From assembly GCA_964016885.1 (NCBI GenBank), contig OZ024740.1:51026001-51090000 (forward strand): a DNA stretch of 64,000 nt, written 5' to 3'. Source of the DNA: Eledone cirrhosa (taxonomy: Eukaryota). Positions 38,933-50,810 of the stretch are shown in pieces (within the stretch, counting starts at the first letter, position 1; each line of letters starts with the position of its first letter). The position numbers and the translations under genes are program-made. The notes under the pieces were generated by a model. That model did not search any database. It was not told the DNA's origin and saw only the letters and a program-made list of their open reading frames with translations.

Positions 38933-39360
38933 TAAAATAACAGATTAAAGTTTAAGCAAAGAATCGCTGCTTTCACATGCACCACCTAAGAGAACATTAG
39001 TCTACGACCTCTTTTATACCATAAACGTGGTTCTGTCTTTGCGCGTAATTGTTTTTCACCGCTCCTATTAATGACGTATTATTCGTTTTTTCCCGTTCTT
39101 TGCCAGCGAACGTTTCCACGAACCAAAGTATCGTCTTCCTGTCTTCCTCCGGTTGCAACATTTTTTGAAATATCCAGTTCTGCGTTTACAGATTGACTTT
39201 GTTAGTTTCAGAAGATCCCATTAAGGGTGAAAGCAGCGAAGCTTTGCTTAAACTTTAATCTGTTATTTTAATAAATATTTGCTCTACGGTTCTTATATAT
39301 TTGATATATATTTTCTTTATCGAGCCCTCTTTGGATTTTAGCCTTCAATTTTATTATTAT

Positions 39361-39365
<5 letters not shown>
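38928..39365 (+). mobile_element. PLE family-B terminus with ~50-bp 5' inverted arm
   Basis: 38928-38977 is the reverse complement of ~39227-39276; both ends in (TA)n; relatives at 37835-38000 and 51998-52533. Confidence 0.7.
39204..39254 (+). ncRNA. Variant type I hammerhead motif (copies on the minus strand at 8419-8468, 52019-52069; degenerate at 37938-37989)
   Basis: AGTTT CAGAAGA T CCC ATTAA GGG T GAAA GCA-loop-TGC TT AAACT. Confidence 0.6.
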
Positions 39366-39391
<26 letters not shown>

Positions 39392-39569
39392 AGTACATGT
39401 TTGTAGGTAAAATTATATTCTTTTCTTTTAAAAAGTATTTTTTGCTTGCAATGCTTACTTTTAATACACTACATAATTATACCTAAGTATAATTTGTATA
39501 AATGGAGCCCTACAAAATACAGTTATTATTTTAGTCTATACTTATATCATACACATGCATGCACACACA

Positions 39570-39670
39570 CAGGATGTCCCCCCAAAATGTATGCATACTT
39601 TGATTACCTGTGCAGGCAATATTCATTAGAATGCTGTTGAAGTGTGTATACAATTTTTGGGGACACCTTC
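39570..39670. mobile_element. Short Tc1-like MITE
   Basis: TIR-like CAGGATGTCCCCCAAAA..GTAT / ATAC..TTTTGGGGACACC. Confidence 0.6.
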
Positions 39671-42600
39671 ATATATATATAACTAAATAAATACACACAT
39701 TCAATCTTTTGCAAGCATTTCTGAAAACTGTTAATAATTTGTTTTCCTTTTAATGTAAAAATTTGTCAACTACCAACATACTTATCCTTATCAATTTTGG
39801 AGGAATATTTCTTTCTTTTTTTCCCATCCATTAAATTTAACTCATCAAAACATTTTGTAATCAATATGAATTCAAACAATAGGTTACCCAATAACCAGTA
39901 GGCTATTTATTAATCATTAGTTTCTCGTGTCTATCGCTACATTCTTTCTAAGCACAATTTGCTTGCCATCTCATATTTTTACCCTAATTTAAAAGCAACT
40001 TCTTTTCTACAGTGTTAGTTACCAGGAGAAGAGGAGAATGAAAAAAGTATATTATAATTTTCAGTTGTAGTAAATTAGTAAAAGATAAAAGAATCCAGAC
40101 AACCGTTTATCAAAGCACAACATATCTAAACAAGGCATTGGAGTTCAGTTGATGCAGAAGAGAACAATGATTAAAATAATTAAACAAGAAGCTTACTAAT
40201 AGGTTAAGAACTGCAGATGCAGAACTAGAATATGTAGGTTTGGGTGTATCGGCTTTCCCTAGTACAATTCACATTACTATCTATGTTTAGAGACCAATTC
40301 AAGCAGGCATAGAGAAATACCACATGTTACATACCAGCAGTGAACAGTGGCTTCAGTCTGTATCAGTGATCAAAATTCCATATTTTAACAACGTGAACTT
40401 CAATATAATTGCGAGGTGGCTTATCCAGTTGATGGACCACATCAAATTTTTCCAACAGCTTGTTCCATTCTGGAAATATTATTTCTAATTTTCTAAAAAA
40501 AAGTCATTCTAAACAAAAACAACTTCTTTCAAAAATGATATGGTTGGTGTATATGGATCAGGATGGATAAATGGATAGATAGGAACAATACAAGAACACT
40601 AGGGAAGTGTGAAAAGGTTAACATATAGAAAGTGAGATGAATTGAATCATGGAGGTTAATTTTAATTTTGAAGTTATAAAATAACAATTTAAAAAAAAAA
40701 AAATGAATTGGAAAAAGTTTAAAATAAAAACAATAATAATAATTGAAGAATGAAAGAAAAAATAAAGAATTGCAGAGGCAAAAGCAATTGGGTTAGTGCA
40801 GCTGGTTATAAAAGTTACCCATTTTCATTGAGTCTTGTTTCTTTTTATATTATGTTGCCATTGTAGAATATCTATGTAACTAGTCAGAAGAATTCTCAGA
40901 AACAAATCAAGTCAGGAATGGAAAACTAATGTGATACACTAGTGCAAGGTTAAGAGTAATGCATTTATTAATTTCCACAATGATAAGATTTACTAACAAT
41001 TTGATCTTAAGATATACCAGACTTTGTCAAAGAATGAATATTTGCAGAATGCAGTGTGGGTAGAAATTTAGAAAAAATTAAAATAAACTATAAACAAAAC
41101 TACAGATATGTTTTCTTAGTGGTAGTCTTAAAATATGATACTTGTATTCGTGTCTATACAGGATACAGTTATAATTAGAAACATTTTAAGATCAATTAAA
41201 TTTCAAGAATGCCTGAGTCATAAAGGAAATTCCACCAAACTGTATACTAATAAACATTGCTTTTATACCGAACTGTTTTTTTTTTCCCTTCACCTCGTTT
41301 CTGTTTCCATGATAAACTTTCTTTACACTGCCACATCTATTTTGTTTAATAGTATTTGGACTTAGGTAGGAAGGACAAATATTTGTTTTCAGTTTTTCTG
41401 TTGTTTTACTTAAGTATATTTAAGCAAAAGCTATTTACATAAAATGTCTCAGATAAGGTAACTAGCTAAATTACTAAACCAGATTGATTACATTCTGCTT
41501 AATTTCGTAATCTTTGACTCTTTGATTAGATTGCAATTGAAACTTGGTGAACTGTAAAACTCAATTATCTACACATATTCAAAGAATGGAAAAAAGAACA
41601 ATAAAACAGCTTTTTTTTTTTTTGTCCAGTGTAGAAAATAAAAAGTAGAACTGAGGAATAATAGGCATAAACAACAACTTCCTAGATATGGTACCATAAA
41701 TTAAGAAAGTTTCTTATCTTGAATTACTGTTAGTTTCTCTATTGGAACATATCAATCTAACATTATATCCAAATAAACCCAGTGTGTAACTAGAACATGT
41801 ATAAGATTCTTTTTATTAATGTGATTATTAGATAAAGTTATCAAAAAGAAATATTACAGAGAGTTGTAACTAACCAAGCTGGAAGAATATCAGGTTACTT
41901 TACTTATGCTGGTAGACACCCATCTCACCCCACCTATATATATATATATATATATATACAGCTTACTTAGGTAGGAGCACTATAACATTTAGAAGTGTTC
42001 TATCAATTGGCAGGGCTGAATTCAAATATTCTTAAATACTTAGGCTGTTTGTGTATGTGTTTGACCTCCACTGGTTCCAGTGACAAGTGTTCTAGTTGAT
42101 TTCATCAACAGAACAGCCTCCTCATGAAATCAACTTGCAAGAGACTGAACATTCCACAGACACGTGTACATTTAACATCTTTCTCAAGGAGTTCCAGCAT
42201 GACACAGTGTGTGACAAAGCTGGCTCTTTGAATTACAGGTGCAATCCACTTTGCCAGCTGAGTTGACTGAAGTAACATGAAATAAAGATGTGTGTTGGGA
42301 ATCAAACTCACAACTTTATTAAGCGACATGCCTTCATAAGTACCTGAACTATGGCAGAAATGGTCCCACTGTAGCCCTGCTTCAGTTAATTCTATAAACA
42401 CTCCACTAAAGTGGACTCGTTTTCAATGGAGGACAAAAACAGCCACCCATAAATTAAATATATATATATATATTTATATCATCCTCATCATCATCACCGT
42501 TTTACGTCCGTTCTTCCGCGCTAGCATGGGTTATATATATATATATAAACATATATATAACCCATGCAAGCGTGGAACATAGACGTTAAACGATGATGAT

Positions 42601-44009
42601 GATGATGATATATATATATATATATATATAAACACACAAAAAACTATATATATACATATATACAAATTGAGTTCCAATGAATTCGATGTTAAGAACAGAG
42701 AATTGTATACAATATAAGAAATATCATTCAGTTTTTAACTTTTTATATAATACTCTAATACTCTGTTTTTAATAAGTTCTTTAGTGTGAGCTGAGATTAC
42801 CAGATTGGAAACTAATATACACCAACTCTTCCTTATTGTGTGCTCTATATAGGCACAACCCAAAAAATTGTGTATATACATATATTATATATACACATAT
42901 ACACACACATCCCCATGCATGTGTGCACGCACACAGGTGCACACACACAGGTGCACACATGCACATACACACATTTTTATTATCATTAAAAGCTGAAGAT
43001 TCTTGAACCCTAACTTAGAGTTTCATGTTGACAATTATTTAAATGACTGAGGTAGGGAAGCAATGTGACGATATATAAGCAAAAGTATTTGCAAACATTA
43101 AAATATGGTTAATCATTGTGTTTTTGTTTGCTAAAAAAACTGTTAGAAAATGCATTACATATTCATCTATTCAATTGTTATATGCAGAGCATGTGACATA
43201 TGCATCTATTCACAAGCAAAAACACGTGATGTTTTCATATCTTCAATATTATATGTATAAAACACACAAAAGCAAGAAAAGTGGCTATTGTGAATGAAAT
43301 TTATGAAGAGAATGATTACAATTTTTTTTATAATGGGACCATCTTTCTGGATTTAGAAAATCTATTATCTGATATCTGGAAATTCCTTAATAAACAGCAA
43401 TTAAATCATCATCATCATCATTTCATTTTACGTCCACTTTTTCCCTGCTTGCAAGGGTGGGACTTCAAGAATTATTAAATTCTGATCATTTGTTCAAAAT
43501 TGCAACATGCTGTATAATAGAATGTTACATTTCTGAGACAAGGAAGAATCAAATCTACTGCAGCAATCAATGTAGGAGGATACATGTTCAATAATGGACC
43601 AATTGATTTTATAATTGTTAATATTATCATCCCATAAACTCCAGAGATATTTGAATAATGAGGTGGTGAGGTGTATTACTGAATGCCTAAATCTATAAAT
43701 AATTTAGGAGAATCTTTTCTGAAAGGGATTTTCAGTAAATCCTATATAGCTTTTTGTTTCACAAACAGGGAATATAAGTCAGAAAGAAATAGCAAATAGC
43801 AAGCAGATATTTAGGTTGATGCAATTACATTGAGGGGGAGAGATTTGTATGTTTGTATTGGAAAGTTTTTGGTGCACATATAGCTCACCTTCATGCTATT
43901 TCTGTCAAAGATCTTATAGTATATATAGCCTTTGGAGAAACACTTATAAGGTTTAGAAAGATCCTGGCAACATATGTGTTTGTGTGTGTGGATATTTGAA
44001 GATTTTCAG

Positions 44010-44225
44010 TTAACCCTTTAGCATTTAAACCAGCCATATCCGGCCAGAATTCTCTCACCTCTTTCTGTTTAAACCAGCCATAATTGGCCACTCATACTGA
44101 TTTTAACATATTGTTCTCAAAATAAATCATATCAAAATCTCATAGATTTGATATTATGTGAGGTAAAGCCTTTATCGTGAAAACATAAAAATAAATATAA
44201 AGTAATGTAAATATTAAAGGGTTAA
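44010..44225. mobile_element. piggyBac-like MITE (relatives at 13976-14193, 23605-24170, 63124-63234)
   Basis: TTAA|CCCTTTAGCATTTA...TAAATATTAAAGGG|TTAA. Confidence 0.8.
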
Positions 44226-45671
44226 AATTAAAATAGATATAGTTACTGTATTCTTTTTAAAATTAGAAGCCTTCAGTGTAAAAAGAAAGAAGTGTAAAGT
44301 GATAGCACTTTCAACTATTCTTCCATACACAGAAAAACATTAAAAAATCATCCTTCTGCATTTCAGACATTATTCTGTTCTCATCAGAGAACAACTACCC
44401 TTATGATTGAATGTATATACGATATATGTATGTGTATAAGTATATGCATATAGCTTGCTTGTGTATATAATATAGTCTTAATTATATAATAGCTAAAGGA
44501 TAGATAGTTTGGATGTAATATATGATGTATGTTATATGGTGAATAATAAATATGATATAGTTATATTATGAACAATTAAATCACCCTCAGCAATGAAACA
44601 AGAAGTAATGAAACCTGATAAAGATCCTTAAAAAGAAAAAACATATTTCATTGTTGATAATGAAATTGGTTATACAGATTTCATTACTTCAAATATGAGA
44701 CCAATTTTTGGAAAAAAATAAATATACTAGCAATTATTTTATATGATGAGCAATGGAATTGATGATCTTTATGAAAATGAACTTCAACTTTTCTACTGTG
44801 TAGTATATATTTAATATCAATTACATTTATTTAAAATTTGCAATAATACATGCCCATCCATCATAGGCCTATGTACCTAGCTATAAAAATTGATCTCAAA
44901 ATTAGGAAGTTTATTTTACATAATCAACAATTTGTTCAATATCATAGAATTAATAAAATCAAATAAAAAATCAAAGACAATCCATTATGCCATTTGTCTT
45001 ATGATATATATATATAATCATCATCATCTTCATCACTGTTTAACATCCATTTTTCTTTGCTAGCATAGGTTAGGTGTGTTGTCCCATTGAGACAAGTCAG
45101 ATCAGATGACAGTGTTTTGCTCACACAAAACTGTTTCATATATATATGTGTGTGTGTGTGTGCTATTGGTATCTAGAGTGAATAATATTGAGTGACATTC
45201 ATGTCTTTCTCAGGGGCATTATAAGTCTTTATAAGTGAAGGGAATTTTCTGAAAAAGAAACTTTTTTGAAAACTGAGTCTAATGAATACTTACCTCTTGT
45301 TCTTTGTTGCCCAATTACAATGATGATGATGATGATGATAATCATCATGAAAATGAGGATTTTGATGATAATGGTGATGGTGGATATGGTGTTGGTGATG
45401 AGAATGATAATCAGTGTCATGAAGATGATGCTTATGATTGCAGTGATGATGTATAAGTAAAATAGAAATTAAACAAGTAAAAGATAATATATGTCTGTTT
45501 GATAAGATTAAAGACATTAGCTGTTTTAGTATGAGGGAAATATCTGTTTTACTCATCATTTTTTCTATATATAATTTTAAGTTTCATGAAGAACATATTT
45601 TATTGTGAGCAATATATTCATACATGCATACATACATAATCCTCTTCCTCATCATCATATGTATATATATG

Positions 45672-45858
45672 ATTGTTTCTACGTTAGGCACAAGGCCAGC
45701 AATTACCCAGTGCATTACTGGTACTTTATTTTATCAACCCCGTAAGGATGAAAGGCAAAGTTAACCTTGGTGGGATTTGAACTCAGAATGGCAAGGGCCG
45801 TAACTCTATACATCAAAGCATGACGTCCGACCCTCTACCAATACTGCCAATCCCCCGC
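45672..45858 (-). mobile_element. SINE, same family as 2891
   Basis: Full-length reverse-complement match. Confidence 0.8.
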
Positions 45859-46072
45859 ATAATGAATGTATATAATGTACATAAATGCATGTATACAATG
45901 TATATAATTAACTAATATTTGAAGGACTTGGGATTTAGTGACCACCACAATGACCATGTTTGTATAATAAAATATGAACACAGTATGACTGAGGGTTAAG
46001 GAGTTCATTTCACAATCATTTGGTTTGGGTTTTGATCCCATCATTTGGCATCTTGGGCAAGTGTCATTTACC

Positions 46073-46240
46073 ACAGCTTGGGGTCAAAATGTGAAAACAG
46101 CTTGGGGTCAACATGTGAAAACAGCTTGGAGTCAACATGTGAAAATAGCTTGGGGTCAAGATGTGAAAACAGCTTAGGGTCAACATGTGAAAACAGCTTG
46201 GGGTCAAAATGTGAAAACAGCTTTGGGTCAACACGTAAAA
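46073..46240 (+). repeat. 24-bp minisatellite, ~7 copies, inside a CORE-like SINE (~45985-46290)
   Basis: Unit ACAGCTTGGGGTCAA(A/C)ATGTGAAA. Confidence 0.92.
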
Positions 46241-47062
46241 CCATGAAAGTGAAAACATGTAGGAAACTGTTTGGAAGCCCATTGGATGGATAGTACTTGT
46301 AATTCAAGAGCCCAGTCTTATATCACTATTATGATGAACCTCATATCTTACGGGTACACGTGTTAGTGGAATACTCTGACATTTACATGTTAATTTCATG
46401 AGTTATCTGTCCATTTGATTAAACGATTGATACACTCATTCTTAAAACTGAAGGTGGTCCATTCTTTTCTAAAACAAAAAAGGTTCTCGTCAGGTGTTGG
46501 TCAACCTGAAGTTAGATAGTATAAACTTGGCCAAGGTGCCACAGAGCATGACTATACCCAGGACAACATGATTGTGAAACTAAATTCTTACTAACATAGC
46601 AATGCATGCACACACACATATATATATACATATGCACATATATATATACATACACACACACATAATATATATCATCATCATCATCATCATCAACGTTTAA
46701 CGTCCGTGTTCCACGCTTGCATGGGTTTGGACGGGGGTAGTCCCACTTGAGGCAAGAGTGATTGTCTTGCTCGCATAGGACTGTCTGGCAGGTTTTCTAC
46801 AGTTGGATGCCCTTCCTAACACCAACCACATTTACAGTGTGGGTCTGGGAGGTTTTTACCGTGTTGCCTACACGGCCACATTACAGCGTGGACTGTGTGT
46901 TTTTTTGTCGTGACACCTACACGATCTCATTTGTTTCGGCCTCGATGGCGCGGCACCAACATAACTTTACATAGAACGGGGTGGTGTGGATCGGGTGGGG
47001 GTGGTGGGACGGGGTGTATTTGTTAGAGATGCCTACTGGCTGGAGTAGGTTTTACTATATAT

Positions 47063-50000
47063 TTAGGTAAGGCGGGTCTTCTCTGTTACTGAGTACCGCC
47101 AAAGGTCTCGGTCCAGTGACATTGTCTTGGAGAGGTGTAAGTGTGTGATGTCGGAGTTTATCAGCTCGTCCCAGGTTTTTCTAGGTCTGCCTATTCCGTG
47201 ACTACCGTCTATCTTTATTGCCCTGCACTTTGTTATACAGCTATCGACTTTCATGCGCATCACGTGTCCATACCAACGTAGCCTTCTCTCGAGTAAACAA
47301 CATCTGATCCCTCTTATCTCTAATTTATTCCTTAGTTCGTTTATGCTTTGCCGTTCACGTATATTACTGTTACACATCCAGCGGAGCATGCAAGCTTCGT
47401 TCCTCTCTAGTCTGCGTATATCCTCTGCACACAATGCCCAGGTCTCACTGCCATGCAGCATTGCTGTTCGTATGCAGGCATCGTACAACCTGCCTTTCAT
47501 TTTTAGTGAGAACCCTTTAGCAGCTAATAGTGGTATAAGCTCTCTGAACTTTTTCCAACCAGTTCTGACTCTAGCTACAGTACTTTCAGAGCACCCTCCC
47601 CCACTGCTGATTTTATCGCCCAGGTAACGGAAGCTGTCCACTATTTCTATAGAACCCTCTGCGCAATTGAAAGAGCTAGTAGTTTGTGGGCACTTGCTGC
47701 TACTTATTGCACCAGAGCACCGGCCACATGTAAAATCTATGTTCTTAGTTAGCCTACCTGTGATCCCACTACATCTTTTATGCACCCATACTTTGCATTT
47801 AGGACATAAAATGGAGTTTCTACCTACGCCTTTCCTACACACCGAGCACGACCATTTCCCAGAAGGGACCGCCGCCTTGTTTTCTTTCCTACAAACTAGT
47901 ACTTTGGTCTTAGCCAGGTTAATTTTAAGTCCTTTTGACTCTAGGCCGTGCTTCCATGTTTGGAATTTCTTCTCTAGCTCGGCCATTGATTCCGCTATGA
48001 GTGTCAGGTCGTCTGCGTATAGGAGTTCCCATGGGCAGCCTGTCTTGAACTCCTCTGTTATGGCCTGAAGGGCAATAATAAATAGTAGTGGACTGAGAAC
48101 AGAGCCCTGATGGACGCCGACTTTTACGCTAAACTCTTCACTATATTCGTTGTTAATTCTAACCTTGCTGACTGTTTCTTTATACATGGCTTGTATAGCC
48201 CTCACAAGCCATTCGTCAACGCCTAGTTTTCTAAGAGCCCACCAGATAATGGAGCGGGGGACTCTGTCGAAGGCTTTCTCCAAGTCGACAAAAGCTAAGT
48301 AGAGGGGTTTACCTTTAGCTAGGTACTTCTCTTGTAGTTGTCGTACTATGAAAAGAGCGTCTGTGGTACTTTTGCCTGACACAAACCCGAACTGCATTTC
48401 ATCTAGGTCAATTCTCTCTCTGATTAGTTGCGCTATTACTCTTTCCGTGACCTTCATGACCTGGTCGATTAATTTAATGCCTCTATAGTTACTCCTATCT
48501 AGGGCGTCTCCTTTACCCTTATAACAGTTAACGATGATGCTGCTATGCCAGTCCTTCGGAACAACCCCGTTTTGTACGACTTGGTTAACTATGCGGGTGA
48601 CCATGGTGTGTCCCACCGTGCCAGATGCCTTCAGCATCTCAGCAACTATTTCCGAAGGCCCAGCCGCCTTACCAGTCTTCATATCCTTGATTGCCTTACT
48701 TATTATACTCCCCTCGACTAACACTGCTGGTCCCTCTATTGGGTCGATATGGGGGAGACTGCCTTTCTCCCAATTATTCTCCTCATTTAGAAGCCTTTCA
48801 TAGTGACACTTCCAAGCTACCTTCTTATCAGCGTCGGTGATGGCAAGTGTGCCATCGTCGTTTAGTACACACTTCTCCCCGACAATATCACGGTTTTCCT
48901 TGACGCATTGCCTAGCAATCCTGAACACCTCACGTTTTTGGTCATCGCGTTGTAGAACATGCTTGAACTTTCTTTCCTCAGCTTCCCTTCTTGCTAAGTA
49001 CACTTGTCTCCTAGCTTCCCTCCTGGCCACTTGATAGTCCTCTCTACTTCCCCCATCCCGCCATACTTTCCAAGCCTGCTTTTTGGCCTTAATTGACCCC
49101 TCCACCTTACTGTTCCACCACCATGTTACTCTCCTCCTGCCTACAGGCCTGCTCCAGCCACAGACCTCGTCTGTCGCCAACAGCAGGTTTGCTTTCAGAA
49201 ATTCCCACTCTCCCTCTATATTGTCCGACTCTAAATGTTCTTCCTTACTGTCGAAAGCATCAAGTAATATGCTTTGAAATTTATTCCTGGCTGTGGGGTC
49301 CTTTAGCTTCCATATTTTCCTCCTGAGGATAGTCCTCTTCTGTTGTCGAGTACGTCTCGTCCTGACTATGAGGTCGCTAATTATCAGTCTATGTTGGGAG
49401 GTGCATTCTTCATGGGGGAGGGATTTAGTGTTAACAACAGACACTCTGTCACGTCTTCTGGTAAGGATATAATCTACCTGGCTTGTGTGTTCCCCGGATC
49501 TATAGGTGATCAGGTGATTGTCACGTTTTTTGAAGTTAGTGTTACAGATAGTTAGGTTATTTGCATCACAGAATTCCAGGATTCTGGAGCCTTCCTCATT
49601 TCTAGTACCAAACCCATAGCCTCCATGGATTTCGTCGTAGCCGTCACAATGTTGTCCAACGTGACCATTTAGGTCGCCTGCGATAATTATATAGTCACTG
49701 TCGGATATTTGGGAGGTAGTTAGCATCAGTGTCTCATAGAATCTGTCTTTTATAGTGCCGGGCAGTCCGGATTGGGGTGCGTACGCAGATATTACTGTCA
49801 CCGTAGTTCTATTGAGGACAAGTCGTATTTTAATTATTCTGTCGTTCACTCTATTTACGTCTATTATCTTATCTGCCCACTTTTCTGCTACCATGATTCC
49901 TACTCCACCCAGCCCATCGTCGTTTCCCACCCAGAAAAGCTTATAACAACGTTTTTTACCCTCAATGAACCTAGCAGACCCACCCCTCCACCTGGTCTCT

Positions 50001-50503
50001 TGAATACAACAAACATCGACCTCCTTACGTTCAAGCATTTCTACAACCTCGTTAGTGCGACCCTTTAGGGTGCCTACATTTATGGTACCAACTCTGAAGT
50101 TTTGGATTGCGTTTGGGGGTTGGGGGCGGTGAGGGGCGGGGGGCGATGGGGTTATGTTAGCCGTCCGCGGTCGAAACAATGAGGAGTGCTCGCATTCTCG
50201 TCCAAGGGGTGAATTTGTCTTTATCTTTGGCATTGTCGCTGAGCGTCCAGATTTTTCTCTCTCACCTCCACTCTCCAGGATTCCGCAGTCCATCCATCCA
50301 TCATATATCGTATATCGAAAGGCAACCAGGCAAGCGATAGTATAGGTCTCTGGTTTCTGATTGGTCCGCGTAATAATACTGGTGATACGTGGGGGCTCTG
50401 TTTTATGATTGGTCCACGTAATAGCAATGGTGGTGTGTGGGGGTGGGAGGGAGGGGTGTTGGGTAGCTAGCAAGAAGGTAATGATTGAGATGGGTCTATG
50501 CAT
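47063..50503 (-). CDS. RTE ORF: APE endonuclease + reverse transcriptase with internal PHD-type zinc finger (true start may be a downstream Met)
   Basis: APE motifs GTINVGTL, IQETRW, SAYAPQ, GDLNGHVG, QVDYIL, SQHRL. RT motifs YRGIKLI, QFGF, FVDLEKAFDRVP, GVHQGSVLSPLLF, YADD (48008-48019), FRYLG. RTE C-terminus RRLRWYGHVMR, GRPRKTW. Confidence 0.96.
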   Translation of the reverse strand: MHRPISIITFLLATQHPSLPPPHTTIAITWTNHKTEPPRITSIITRTNQKPETYTIACLVAFRYTIYDGWMDCGILESGGEREKSGRSATMPKIKTNSPLGRECEHSSLFRPRTANITPSPPAPHRPQPPNAIQNFRVGTINVGTLKGRTNEVVEMLERKEVDVCCIQETRWRGGSARFIEGKKRCYKLFWVGNDDGLGGVGIMVAEKWADKIIDVNRVNDRIIKIRLVLNRTTVTVISAYAPQSGLPGTIKDRFYETLMLTTSQISDSDYIIIAGDLNGHVGQHCDGYDEIHGGYGFGTRNEEGSRILEFCDANNLTICNTNFKKRDNHLITYRSGEHTSQVDYILTRRRDRVSVVNTKSLPHEECTSQHRLIISDLIVRTRRTRQQKRTILRRKIWKLKDPTARNKFQSILLDAFDSKEEHLESDNIEGEWEFLKANLLLATDEVCGWSRPVGRRRVTWWWNSKVEGSIKAKKQAWKVWRDGGSREDYQVARREARRQVYLARREAEERKFKHVLQRDDQKREVFRIARQCVKENRDIVGEKCVLNDDGTLAITDADKKVAWKCHYERLLNEENNWEKGSLPHIDPIEGPAVLVEGSIISKAIKDMKTGKAAGPSEIVAEMLKASGTVGHTMVTRIVNQVVQNGVVPKDWHSSIIVNCYKGKGDALDRSNYRGIKLIDQVMKVTERVIAQLIRERIDLDEMQFGFVSGKSTTDALFIVRQLQEKYLAKGKPLYLAFVDLEKAFDRVPRSIIWWALRKLGVDEWLVRAIQAMYKETVSKVRINNEYSEEFSVKVGVHQGSVLSPLLFIIALQAITEEFKTGCPWELLYADDLTLIAESMAELEKKFQTWKHGLESKGLKINLAKTKVLVCRKENKAAVPSGKWSCSVCRKGVGRNSILCPKCKVWVHKRCSGITGRLTKNIDFTCGRCSGAISSSKCPQTTSSFNCAEGSIEIVDSFRYLGDKISSGGGCSESTVARVRTGWKKFRELIPLLAAKGFSLKMKGRLYDACIRTAMLHGSETWALCAEDIRRLERNEACMLRWMCNSNIRERQSINELRNKLEIRGIRCCLLERRLRWYGHVMRMKVDSCITKCRAIKIDGSHGIGRPRKTWDELINSDITHLHLSKTMSLDRDLWRYSVTEKTRLT
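47717..47848 (-). other. PHD-type (C4HC3) zinc finger coding segment inside RT
   Basis: CSVC-x10-CPKC-x2-WVHKRC-x13-CGRC lies between GLKINLAKTK and FRYLG; the same segment is present in all five long copies. Confidence 0.85.
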
Positions 50504-50776
50504 TTAACAAGCTATTAACAAAAATACAAAATTTGTTCAGTTAAATACGTCCAAAAACCTAAACGTATTTAGCACTTAATAGAAACAGAAAATGTAGTTT
50601 GTTTTAGCGATAGAATGGCTATTTGGACTTGAAATACGAAATGTGGATTGTTTTGAGAATACGCTAGGAGAGAGAGAGAGAGAGATGAAGTCTGTACATT
50701 ACGTTTACATGATTTTCGTTTGGACAGCAGGCAAAGAAATGAAATTTGGCGAAGTGAATTCCTATCGTATATTTAT

Positions 50777-50810
<34 letters not shown>

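Noticed and set aside
40080-40480. Possible L1/Tx1-like remnant (also 4380-4920)
   Set aside because: Too degenerate; no diagnostic motif recovered.
45229-45559. His-rich / Met-rich ORFs with a minus-strand GAG|GTAAGT donor-like site
   Set aside because: Degenerate (GAT)n tract with no convincing acceptor or homology; an exon cannot be excluded without RNA data.
46073-46240. Regular short repeats resembling a CRISPR array
   Set aside because: Units are contiguous with no unique spacers, there are no cas genes, and the context is eukaryotic.
47253-50345. Series of antisense ORFs over the RTE copies
   Set aside because: Shadow frames of the RT ORF with no recognisable motifs; their recurrence only reflects copy similarity.
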